DNA from: Bacillus rubiinfantis
GTDB taxonomy: Bacteria; Bacillota; Bacilli; Bacillales; Cytobacillaceae
DNA: 24,000 bases
Direction of reading: 5' to 3'
NCBI GenBank assembly: GCA_000752035.1
Contig: CCFE01000011.1
Location: 397,099-421,098 of the forward strand
Part shown: piece after piece, positions 1 through 7,559 of the stretch
Layout of the letters: the number at the start of each line of letters is the position of its first letter
Position numbering within the stretch: position 1 is the first letter of the stretch
Made by a program: the position numbers and the translations under genes
The notes under the pieces: model-generated
The model's database searches: none
Seen by the model: only the letters and a program-made list of their open reading frames with translations
Told to the model about the DNA's origin: nothing

Positions 1-893
1 GCTTGACGAACTCGCGGATCGTCAAATGGTTTTTTCATCGTGTTAATCGATACATAGCGGGCAATTGTTGAAGGAATTTGTTCAACCTTTACATCTTTGG
101 CATTTTCAAGTTCTTTGATATTTTGACTTGGCAGCGGATAGATGACATGTGCTTCGCCAGTTCGTAACATCGCTACACGAGAGCCATTCTCTGGAACAGG
201 CTTATAGGTGATTTTCTGTACACGATCTTGTTTGTCCCAGTAACCATCAAAACGTTCTACAGTTAAATGATCTCCCTGTACCCATTCAACAAATTTAAAT
301 GGTCCAGTTCCAACTGGATTTTTACCAATTTTGTCATTTCCCTCTTTGAGCAATTTAGGGCTAAGTATTTTGGCTGATACAAATCTTGTTAACATACTGG
401 CATATGGTTCTTTTAAGGTAATCTTGATTTCATAATCATTGATGACGTCAATTTTCGTAATCAGATTAAAACCACGGCTGTTTAAGCGAAGGCTCTCATC
501 GTTCATGATTCTTTCAAAGTTTGCCTTTACAGCCTCGGCATTAAATGCTTCGCCATCATGAAACTTCACGCCTTCTCGTAATTTGAAACTATATTCCAAG
601 GCATCGTCACTAATACTATAATCTGTAGCTAGCTGGTTTACGATTTTTCCATCTGGGTCAAAACCTAGCAGACCCTCAAGCATTGCAGATTGTACGGAGT
701 TTGAATTCGTGTCTCCAGTATTATGCGGGTCCATTGAAATAAAGTTTTCATTTACTGCAATGACCATTTCCTTGTTGCCAGATTTACTACTTTGTTTCTT
801 TTCTCCAGTACTTTGTTTGCTGGAACAGCCAACAACCAATACTGCCGAGATGACAACCAGAAGCAGCACTTTCCAAAAATGTACCTTTTTCAA
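1..893 (-). CDS. ABC transporter substrate-binding lipoprotein, family 5 (peptide/nickel/glutathione type). Only the N-terminal part is present because the gene runs off the left edge
   Basis: Absent from the ORF track because it is truncated. My minus-strand translation from TTG (893..891) gives LKKVHFWKVLLLVVISAVLVVGCSSKQ (signal peptide plus lipobox VVGC). It continues MVIAVNENFISMDPHNTGDTNS ... GTGPFKFVEWVQGDHLTVERFDGYWD, typical of SBP_bac_5 proteins. AGGAGG (complement of 901..906) lies 7 nt upstream of the start. Confidence 0.8.
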   Translation of the reverse strand, partial: MKKVHFWKVLLLVVISAVLVVGCSSKQSTGEKKQSSKSGNKEMVIAVNENFISMDPHNTGDTNSNSVQSAMLEGLLGFDPDGKIVNQLATDYSISDDALEYSFKLREGVKFHDGEAFNAEAVKANFERIMNDESLRLNSRGFNLITKIDVINDYEIKITLKEPYASMLTRFVSAKILSPKLLKEGNDKIGKNPVGTGPFKFVEWVQGDHLTVERFDGYWDKQDRVQKITYKPVPENGSRVAMLRTGEAHVIYPLPSQNIKELENAKDVKVEQIPSTIARYVSINTMKKPFDDPRVRQ

Positions 894-1374
894 TTGATTT
901 CCTCCTCTATTTTTCTCTTAGGTATTTGGTCCTGTTGTCATTCTCTTTATCAGCCATACCCATGAAAGTATATGATTCAGATTACCCTTCATTAGTTGGA
1001 AACCATCATAAAGGGGAATCGTAAATCCATAATTAATTTCCCGGTGTTAATAATCTATGTATCTAACAGCTTATTAACACTATTATTACCGAGTTTTTTA
1101 CATTAGTTTCTCCAATGGTGAAAATAATAGAACAAAAAAAATAGACATTTGGTCATCGGTGTTTTTGTCGAATTTTAAGATAATTATAACTTCAAGTGAA
1201 AGTGTTTTCAATAATATTTTTTTAAATTATATTAATTTTTAAAATTATAATTCTAATAGTGTTTAACTTGTTTTACTGAGCCGCACTATTTACCGCTGGT
1301 TTTCTCACCAAGATGTTAGCATTTATGGTATAGTAATATATCATATGTTCATCACAGCTTGAAAGGAAACAACC

Positions 1375-2289
1375 ATGAACCAAGAAAAATCAAAATCGAT
1401 TATTCTGCCGCTGATTATTGCCATCATTGGCATTTCTTTCTCATCCATTTTTGTTAAATGGTCAGATGCTCCTGCTTCTATTTTAAGTATGTACCGGATG
1501 TTTTTTGCCAGCGTACTATTAAGCCCTATGGTGTGGAAAAATCGTCAGCAGCTGCAAAAGGTCACTAAAAAGACGGTTCTGTTTTTATTTTTTTCCGGCG
1601 TGTTTTTGGCGTTTCATTTTGTTCTTTGGTTTAGTTCTTTAAAATATACGACTGTGGCAAGCTCCACAATTATTCTCGCCCTCCAGCCGATTGTTTCGCT
1701 AGTTGGCGGCTTCCTGCTGTTTAAAGAGCGGACAACTGCCTCGGCGCTCGTTACTATGATGCTGGCAATTATCGGGGCAATGATGATAGGCTGGGGTGAC
1801 CTAGGTTTAAGTCAGGAGGCATTATTGGGCGATTTATTCTCATTTTTTAGCGTGATTGCGGTTGTTGGCTACTTGCTAATCGGGCAAACAATCGTCAAAC
1901 AATTATCGCATTGGATTTACAGCTTCTCTGTTTTTTCCTGTGCCACCATTGTGTTAGTCATCTATAATCTCGTGACAGATGTGAGCTTTACTGGATATCC
2001 ATTGAAAGAATGGGGCATTTTCTTATTGCTGGCGATTGTACCGTCAATCAGCCATGTGATTAATAATTGGCTGTTAAATTATGTTAATGCTACAACGATT
2101 TCAATGAGCATCCTCGGGGAACCTGTCGGGGCCACCTTTCTCGCTTTCTTACTATTAGGGGAGCGGTTAACAGCTTGGCAAATAGCCGGCGGTGTGCTTG
2201 TTCTCATTGGTGTTGCAATGTTTCTAACTCACCAGCAAAGACGATCAGCCGTGACCGAAACGTATCAGCTGGAGGAGAAAACCTCATAA
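1375..2289 (+). CDS. EamA/DMT-superfamily permease (about 10 TM segments)
   Basis: 304-aa ORF, hydrophobic throughout, with the duplicated EamA-like architecture (two roughly 140-aa halves). RBS-like GAAAGGAAAC precedes the ATG. A strong hairpin lies downstream. Confidence 0.8.
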   Translation: MNQEKSKSIILPLIIAIIGISFSSIFVKWSDAPASILSMYRMFFASVLLSPMVWKNRQQLQKVTKKTVLFLFFSGVFLAFHFVLWFSSLKYTTVASSTIILALQPIVSLVGGFLLFKERTTASALVTMMLAIIGAMMIGWGDLGLSQEALLGDLFSFFSVIAVVGYLLIGQTIVKQLSHWIYSFSVFSCATIVLVIYNLVTDVSFTGYPLKEWGIFLLLAIVPSISHVINNWLLNYVNATTISMSILGEPVGATFLAFLLLGERLTAWQIAGGVLVLIGVAMFLTHQQRRSAVTETYQLEEKTS

Positions 2290-2302
2290 AGTGAGACTTC
2301 CA

Positions 2303-2340
2303 CCAGGCCCGAATCATCCCGTTTGATTCGGGCCTGGTTT
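2303..2340 (+). terminator. Strong stem-loop after the EamA gene (14-bp stem, short T run)
   Basis: CCAGGCCCGAATCA (2303..2316) pairs with TGATTCGGGCCTGG (2324..2337), followed by TTT. The U tract is short, so termination efficiency is uncertain. Confidence 0.5.
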
Positions 2341-2376
2341 AACTGCAAAGGAGATTTACCGTTTTTTCTAAGCGAT

Positions 2377-2592
2377 ATCAGCAACTTTACCGATATATCA
2401 GCAATTCCGGCTGTGATATCAGTGCATTTTTGGAATTTATCAGCGATTCCAGCACAGATATCAGCGGGACTGCGAGGACTGCGCCCCGATTAGAAATATA
2501 TCAGCGATTTTGGAGCGGATATCAGCGAAAAATAAAATATATCAGCGCTTTTTCGAATATATCAGCGATCTTTTGAATAATCAGCGATTCGC
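2377..2592 (+). repeat. Direct-repeat array of the decamer ATCAGCGAWT: 10 copies at 19-21 bp spacing, with one 40-bp gap
   Basis: ATCAG cores start at 2377, 2397, 2418, 2439, 2460, 2500, 2521, 2541, 2561 and 2580. The best copies read ATATCAGCGATT. The array lies between convergent genes and ends 24 bp from the stop of the minus-strand deacetylase gene. Confidence 0.85.
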
Positions 2593-2615
2593 CAATTTTT
2601 CGGTAAATTATGTAA

Positions 2616-3356
2616 TTACCTTCCTTCCACTATTTCTGCAAATTCATCCAGTGTCGTGGAATTTTTCACGTAGATTCGCGGCAGATAATAGTGCTCGTCC
2701 TTGCTTCCTTTTTCGGTAAATAACTCTGGGGTTGTGGTGATGCCGAAGCGATAGTATTTCTTCGTTCCTGCAACGACCTTTTTATCAAAGTTTCCGTACG
2801 GATAGCTGAGGGCAATTACTGGCTTGCCAGTAATGGTTTCGATTTTTTCCTTCGAGTCCCTCAATTCATGCCGGTAATCTTCCGTTTTGGTCAAATCCGG
2901 ATGCGTTGCAGTGTGTGATTGAATCGAAAAATAACCAGATGCTGCCATCCTATGTAAATCTACTGGTGAAAGACGATTAGGTCGACCGGTAAAATCAGAT
3001 ATGACAAATATAGTAGCGGCAGGTTTAAATTGTGGTGTAGTCAGTTTTTGAAAAACTGCCGCAGCGTTTAGGTTGTTTTTATAACCATCATCAAAGGTAA
3101 TAAAAATCGGCTTGCTTACCTTTTCACGCTCATGCCATCTCTCAAAGGTTAGCAATGTAAAGCCATGGTCACGCAAATAGGTCATCTGTTTTTCAAAGTT
3201 TTCTGGTGTGACAAAAAGCTCTCTCCCAGGACCGCTGCCTTTATATGCAGCAAGTGAATGATAGACCAAAATTGGTATGGGTCGCTCGGCAGAAGCCTCT
3301 CGAGGCAAGAATCCTAGTAACCCAAAACATACTAGTAAAACGATATATTTTTTCAT
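2616..3356 (-). CDS. Secreted polysaccharide deacetylase (NodB homology domain)
   Basis: Has the FITFDDGY motif (NodB motif 1), the SHTATHPDL His motif, and an N-terminal signal peptide MKKYIVLLVCFGLLGFLPREASA. I prefer ATG at 3356..3354 (GAGGT 5 nt upstream) over the track start at 3368. Confidence 0.85.
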   Translation of the reverse strand: MKKYIVLLVCFGLLGFLPREASAERPIPILVYHSLAAYKGSGPGRELFVTPENFEKQMTYLRDHGFTLLTFERWHEREKVSKPIFITFDDGYKNNLNAAAVFQKLTTPQFKPAATIFVISDFTGRPNRLSPVDLHRMAASGYFSIQSHTATHPDLTKTEDYRHELRDSKEKIETITGKPVIALSYPYGNFDKKVVAGTKKYYRFGITTTPELFTEKGSKDEHYYLPRIYVKNSTTLDEFAEIVEGR

Positions 3357-3457
3357 CACAAACCTCACAAAAGATTGGATAGTTCACTTATTATTTTCTC
3401 CTCTATGTGATTACATTCATGAATTTAACATATTTTACATTTTTGAGCTTAACTGCT

Positions 3458-3485
3458 TTGCAATATTCTCGCCGTCTGTTATGAT
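3458..3485 (+). promoter_or_regulatory. Candidate sigma-A promoter for the MFS gene
   Basis: TTGCAA (3458..3463), a 16-nt spacer, then TGtTATGAT (extended -10, TATGAT at 3480..3485). Identified by sequence pattern only. Confidence 0.35.
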
Positions 3486-3589
3486 AACTGACGACCGTTT
3501 GTTAAATGAATGCTCGCCGACTGGAAAATCCCTCAGGACGGTTCAGGAGGCGTAGTTGAATTTAGCTAAATCAAAAGGAGTGGTATACA

Positions 3590-4792
3590 ATGCAAAAACC
3601 ACTTAAAGACCAAAAAATGATTATCATCATTTTGTTAAGTAACCTGTTCATTGCCTTTCTGGGTATCGGGCTGATTATCCCTGTCATGCCTGCATTTATG
3701 AACATGATGCACCTGTCAGGGAGTACCATGGGTTATCTTGTGGCTGTGTTTGCAGTTTCACAGCTGTTGATTTCCCCGCTATCTGGTCGCTGGGTTGACC
3801 AATACGGCCGAAAAAAAATGATCCTTTGCGGCTTATTACTGTTTGCCCTTTCAGAACTGATTTTCGGGCTGGCTAGAAGTGTCCCTATCCTCTATCTTTC
3901 GAGAATTCTCGGTGGATTTAGTGCAGCCTTTATTATGCCGGGGGTCACTGCCTATATTGCTGATATTACCACCATTCCCGAGCGGGCCAAAGCAATGGGG
4001 TATTTGTCGGCGGCGATTAGCACTGGGTTTATTATCGGGCCGGCGATTGGCGGCTTTATTGCTGAATATGGGATTCGTGCCCCCTTCTATTTTGCTGCCG
4101 GAATTGCCTTTTTCGCTTGTTTAATTTCAATATTTATTCTAAAGGAACCGCTGACGAAGGAGGAACTTCAAGAGTTGGCATCCCATACAGCGCAGAGCAG
4201 TTTTTTCAATGATTTAAAACGCTCCCTTCATCCGCTTTATTTCGTTGCCTTTGTCATTGTGTTTGTGCTTTCTTTCGGTCTATCCTCCTATGAGACAGTG
4301 TTCAGCTTGTTTTCCGACCATAAATTTGGCTTCACACCACAGGATATTGCGATAATTATCACGATTAGTTCTCTTTTTGGCGTGATTGTACAGCTTTTTC
4401 TATTTGGAAAAATGGTCGATCTCCTGGGCGAGAAAAGGTTGATTCAATTATGTTTACTGACAGGAACGATCTTGGCGGTTGTCTCAACTGTTATTTCCGG
4501 TTTTTTGACAGTTTTAATCGTGACCAGCTTTATTTTCCTAGCATTTGACCTGCTGCGACCAGCATTGACAACCTTTTTATCACGAGCGGCTGGAAAAGAA
4601 CAAGGGTTTGTTGCCGGCATGAATTCTACCTATACCAGCTTGGGAAATATTGTTGGCCCAGCAATTGGGGGAATACTATTTGATGTTAACATTCACTATC
4701 CATATCTGTTCGCTGCCGTTATCATGGTGATTGGCCTTGGACTGACTGTTATTTGGAAAGAACGAAACTGGGGAAAAAGTGTGATTGAGTAA
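3590..4792 (+). CDS. MFS transporter, DHA1-like (probable drug/H+ antiporter)
   Basis: 400 aa with 12 predicted hydrophobic segments. MFS motif A-like GRWVDQYGRKKM lies between TM2 and TM3. GGAG RBS sits 9 nt upstream of the ATG. Confidence 0.9.
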   Translation: MQKPLKDQKMIIIILLSNLFIAFLGIGLIIPVMPAFMNMMHLSGSTMGYLVAVFAVSQLLISPLSGRWVDQYGRKKMILCGLLLFALSELIFGLARSVPILYLSRILGGFSAAFIMPGVTAYIADITTIPERAKAMGYLSAAISTGFIIGPAIGGFIAEYGIRAPFYFAAGIAFFACLISIFILKEPLTKEELQELASHTAQSSFFNDLKRSLHPLYFVAFVIVFVLSFGLSSYETVFSLFSDHKFGFTPQDIAIIITISSLFGVIVQLFLFGKMVDLLGEKRLIQLCLLTGTILAVVSTVISGFLTVLIVTSFIFLAFDLLRPALTTFLSRAAGKEQGFVAGMNSTYTSLGNIVGPAIGGILFDVNIHYPYLFAAVIMVIGLGLTVIWKERNWGKSVIE

Positions 4793-4798
4793 CAGAAA

Positions 4799-4836
4799 AT
4801 ATCCCATAGAATCGAGTCTATGGGATATTTTTTTTG
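4799..4836. terminator. Bidirectional rho-independent terminator
   Basis: ATATCCCATAGA (4799..4810) pairs with TCTATGGGATAT (4817..4828). It is flanked by an A run upstream and a T8 run downstream, so it can serve the MFS gene (+) and the Gly/Tyr/His-rich ORF (-). Confidence 0.8.
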
Positions 4837-4870
4837 TCTACTTGTTTGTCATTTCACTTAATCCCGTGAG

Positions 4871-5065
4871 TTACCACCCATGGTGATGATGATGCCATGG
4901 ATGATAATGGTGATGATGATAACCATAACCACCGTAACCACCATAGAATGGATAAGAGAACCCTCCGTAACCACCAAATCCGCCATAGCCAAAAGGACTA
5001 CCAAATCCCATCATCGGATAACCGAAAGAACCGTAGAATGGAGGCATACCAACACCTGCTTTCAT
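4871..5065 (-). CDS. Gly/Tyr/Phe-rich miniprotein with a C-terminal His cluster (function unknown; possible spore-coat-like or metal-binding peptide)
   Basis: 64-aa ORF MKAGVGMPPFYGSFGYP...GGYGGYGYHHHHYHPWHHHHHGW, bracketed by a terminator. The RBS is weak: an alternative start at the internal MPPFYG Met has AGGTG 5 nt upstream. The mirror ORFs on the + strand are artefacts of low complexity. Confidence 0.5.
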   Translation of the reverse strand: MKAGVGMPPFYGSFGYPMMGFGSPFGYGGFGGYGGFSYPFYGGYGGYGYHHHHYHPWHHHHHGW

Positions 5066-5142
5066 TTATTTTTTCTTTACACCATACACATATGTAACAG
5101 AACCAATAAATGAGCATTTCTTATCAGAAAATGGGCGTTGCA

Positions 5143-6981
5143 TTACCGTATTGCGTGAGAGCTGACATCTGTTGCCTTCACCCATGCAATCGTTCTTGTT
5201 CCACGGAAGTTTTTTGCTAATAAATAATAGGTGCCACCAGCGTACTTTGCCTGTCGCTTGATATAATACGATTTATTTGTATAAGTTTTTCCAGCCTTAA
5301 AGGAGCTGTTTGCACCGAGTTTCTTATAAAGTCTTGCACTGCTCTTCTTCACTTTTCCGACGCGACTTGTCGCACTTTCAACCGTCTTTTTCAAATTACT
5401 GGAGCTCATCCAAATTGTTTTTCCTGCAAGTTTCCCGCGATACCATAGGGTACTGCCGACTTTTTCTGTCAAATTAATCGTGAATTGGCGATACTTATAT
5501 TTTGACAGTGATGACTGAACTACGTCCTTTGTGCCTCCATATGGCTTGCTATATGTGCTACCTTTTCCGGTGAAGTAGTATTTCTTTGTTTTATGATCTA
5601 CACTCACATGTGACGAGCTGATTAAGTTCGCAGAGTTCACCCAACCGATTACTCCTCTAGTACTGCTAGGCTGGGTACTCAGTAAATAATAAGTCCGTCC
5701 ATTTACAGCAGCTTTGCGCTTAATGTAATAAACTTTACCGGTATAATTTGTACCTGCTTGAATTTTTCCTGTCGTGCTGCCAATTGTTTTATAGATGGTC
5801 ACTTTGCTACTGCTAATTTTCCCCAAACGACTCGTCGCTTTTTCAATCTTTGTACCTGTGTTAGCTGCATTAATCCAAATCGTTTTACCGTTGAAGCTGC
5901 CTTGATACCATACATCATTGCCTACCTTTTCAGTCTTAGTTACTGTGAACTTGCGATCTTGATAGGAGGTAAGCGAACTATTAATGATATCCTTTTTGCC
6001 ACCCCAGGCGACTTGATAGGTACTGCCTTTTCCGGATAGATAAACCGTTTTTGTTTTTTGACTGACTACTGAATTTGGGTAGGAAGTGACATCAGCTGCT
6101 TTAATCCAGCCAATTACCCCATTTACGCTGCTTGCTTGATTGCTTAATAAGTAATAAGGCTGTCCACCAATTAATGCTACTTTTTTGATAAAAAGAGTCC
6201 TATTCGTATTGTTGGAGCCAGCCTTGAATGCTGTTTTCTCATCATCGTACTTGCGGTATATCAAGGCGCTGCTGCTGTGAATTTGTCCTAAGCGATTTGT
6301 GTTTGATCTTTTATCAGGCAGCTGCTCATATTTGTACTTTACTAGTTGGACAAACTGTGTCCAGCTGTAGCCCCAAGCGCTAAAATAACTATGAGGGTCC
6401 TGATGAGTGGTGTGGCCTAAATATTTAGTTACCGCTTTATGAGACCATAATGTACCTGTTCCTGTTTTTTCGGCATCGATTAACGGCAAATTATAACGAT
6501 ATAGGGTGGCAGCTATGTAATTCGCGTAGTTATTAATCGATTTAGCAAATTGAGAAAAGGTTTTCTCGGACTTTTTCACTCTGACTAACTCAATATGGAC
6601 AAAGCGTTGATTTGCGGCGGAACCAGCGCCCCATGCGCCGTAGTTTGGTGAGTGAATTTCAATTACGCGTGAACTGTCAGCAAATGCATGAACAAAAGCT
6701 TTGCGGTAGTTTCTCGACATATACGAGATTTCACCGGTAATAGTTGAGTTATTATTGGCGGTTTCATGGGCAACCACCCCCTCAACTTGCCCGTATCCAT
6801 GGCGGTAGGGAAATTTGGGCAAATAACTTATGTATTTATTTTCTACTTTTGCAGAAACAAGTTTCTTCGACAAAATATAATCATTTACCTTCGAACTCGT
6901 TGCCGCCTCTGCCCTCATCGGCAGAATTAAACCAAAACCAACCAACACTACTGAAAGAACTAAGATGCCAAACTTCTTCAT
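5143..6981 (-). CDS. Secreted N-acetylmuramoyl-L-alanine amidase (amidase_2/PGRP-type) with six C-terminal GW/SH3b-like wall-binding modules
   Basis: Signal peptide MKKFGILVLSVVLVGFGLILPMRAEA. Catalytic region reads VEGVVAHETANNNSTI ... RFVHIELV. Three tandem pairs of roughly 75-aa modules follow, ending in G(V/T)IGW(I/V)xxxD and (T/D)(L/V)WY(R/Q)G...GKTIW. Start moved to ATG 6981..6979 (GGAGAGG RBS); the track start at 7008 lacks one. Confidence 0.85.
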   Translation of the reverse strand: MKKFGILVLSVVLVGFGLILPMRAEAATSSKVNDYILSKKLVSAKVENKYISYLPKFPYRHGYGQVEGVVAHETANNNSTITGEISYMSRNYRKAFVHAFADSSRVIEIHSPNYGAWGAGSAANQRFVHIELVRVKKSEKTFSQFAKSINNYANYIAATLYRYNLPLIDAEKTGTGTLWSHKAVTKYLGHTTHQDPHSYFSAWGYSWTQFVQLVKYKYEQLPDKRSNTNRLGQIHSSSALIYRKYDDEKTAFKAGSNNTNRTLFIKKVALIGGQPYYLLSNQASSVNGVIGWIKAADVTSYPNSVVSQKTKTVYLSGKGSTYQVAWGGKKDIINSSLTSYQDRKFTVTKTEKVGNDVWYQGSFNGKTIWINAANTGTKIEKATSRLGKISSSKVTIYKTIGSTTGKIQAGTNYTGKVYYIKRKAAVNGRTYYLLSTQPSSTRGVIGWVNSANLISSSHVSVDHKTKKYYFTGKGSTYSKPYGGTKDVVQSSLSKYKYRQFTINLTEKVGSTLWYRGKLAGKTIWMSSSNLKKTVESATSRVGKVKKSSARLYKKLGANSSFKAGKTYTNKSYYIKRQAKYAGGTYYLLAKNFRGTRTIAWVKATDVSSHAIR

Positions 6982-7206
6982 ATTCCTCTCCCAACTTACT
7001 AGAATCATAGATAAAAATTATTATACTACTAAATTGACACTCACGAACATGTGAATTTCTACACATTTATGTCCACCCCATATGGACAAATGTCCACGAA
7101 CGGTGCCAGGCACCAATATCGACAGCAATATCTATTTGCATATTGTAAATATTGGTAACTACTAATATAATATTGTTAGTAATTTATTATAGAGGGAGAT
7201 TGAGAG

Positions 7207-7485
7207 ATGAAGCGTATAGTTAAGATTGGTTTATCTGTTGGACTTGTTTTGGGGATTGGGTTTTCGGCTGAGAGTTCGTTACAGGTGGTTGATGCTAAGA
7301 CGAAGATTGTTTCGTTTAAGAATTGTAAGGAATTGAATAAGAAGTACAAAGGTGGTGTGGCAATATCCTCCAAGGTTAAAAATAGAGGAGGCAAAACTAA
7401 GTACAAGCCGTTTGTTTCAAAAGCATTATATAATGCCAACAAAAGTAGAGACCGTGATAAAGACGGCATTGCCTGCGAACGTTAA
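7207..7485 (+). CDS. Small secreted Excalibur (calcium-binding) domain protein
   Basis: Signal peptide, then a C-terminal DRDKDGIACE that matches the Excalibur DxDxDGxxCE loop. GAGGGAG RBS lies upstream of the ATG. Confidence 0.8.
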   Translation: MKRIVKIGLSVGLVLGIGFSAESSLQVVDAKTKIVSFKNCKELNKKYKGGVAISSKVKNRGGKTKYKPFVSKALYNANKSRDRDKDGIACER

Positions 7486-7559
7486 CTGGTAAGCCATATG
7501 GGAAATCTGTTCCAAGCAACGCGGGCGTAACGGCCAAACTTATTGGTAAATATGCCAGA

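Noticed and set aside
709-897. 62-aa ORF on the plus strand.
   Set aside because: It lies entirely antisense to the well-supported substrate-binding lipoprotein gene, and it has no RBS.
1140-1262. A very AT-rich tract with short AATTATAA/TTTAAA words between the divergent lipoprotein and EamA genes.
   Set aside because: It looks like ordinary divergent-promoter/UP-element DNA. I found no regular period or long repeat unit.
3277-3555. 92-aa ORF on the plus strand.
   Set aside because: It starts antisense inside the deacetylase signal-peptide codons and runs through the promoter and 5' UTR of the MFS gene. It has no RBS and shows low-complexity AT-rich coding.
4880-5113. Two plus-strand ORFs (77 and 66 aa) rich in Met/Val/Thr/His/Asn/Arg.
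   Set aside because: They are mirror images of the Gly/Tyr/His-rich minus-strand ORF. Low-complexity GGN/TAY/CAY codons read as ACC/ATG/GTG on the opposite strand. The terminator orientation and the stop context favour the minus-strand reading.
7102-7114. GGTGCCAGGCACC as a sigma-54 -24 element.
   Set aside because: There is no TTGCA-like -12 box at the correct spacing on either strand.
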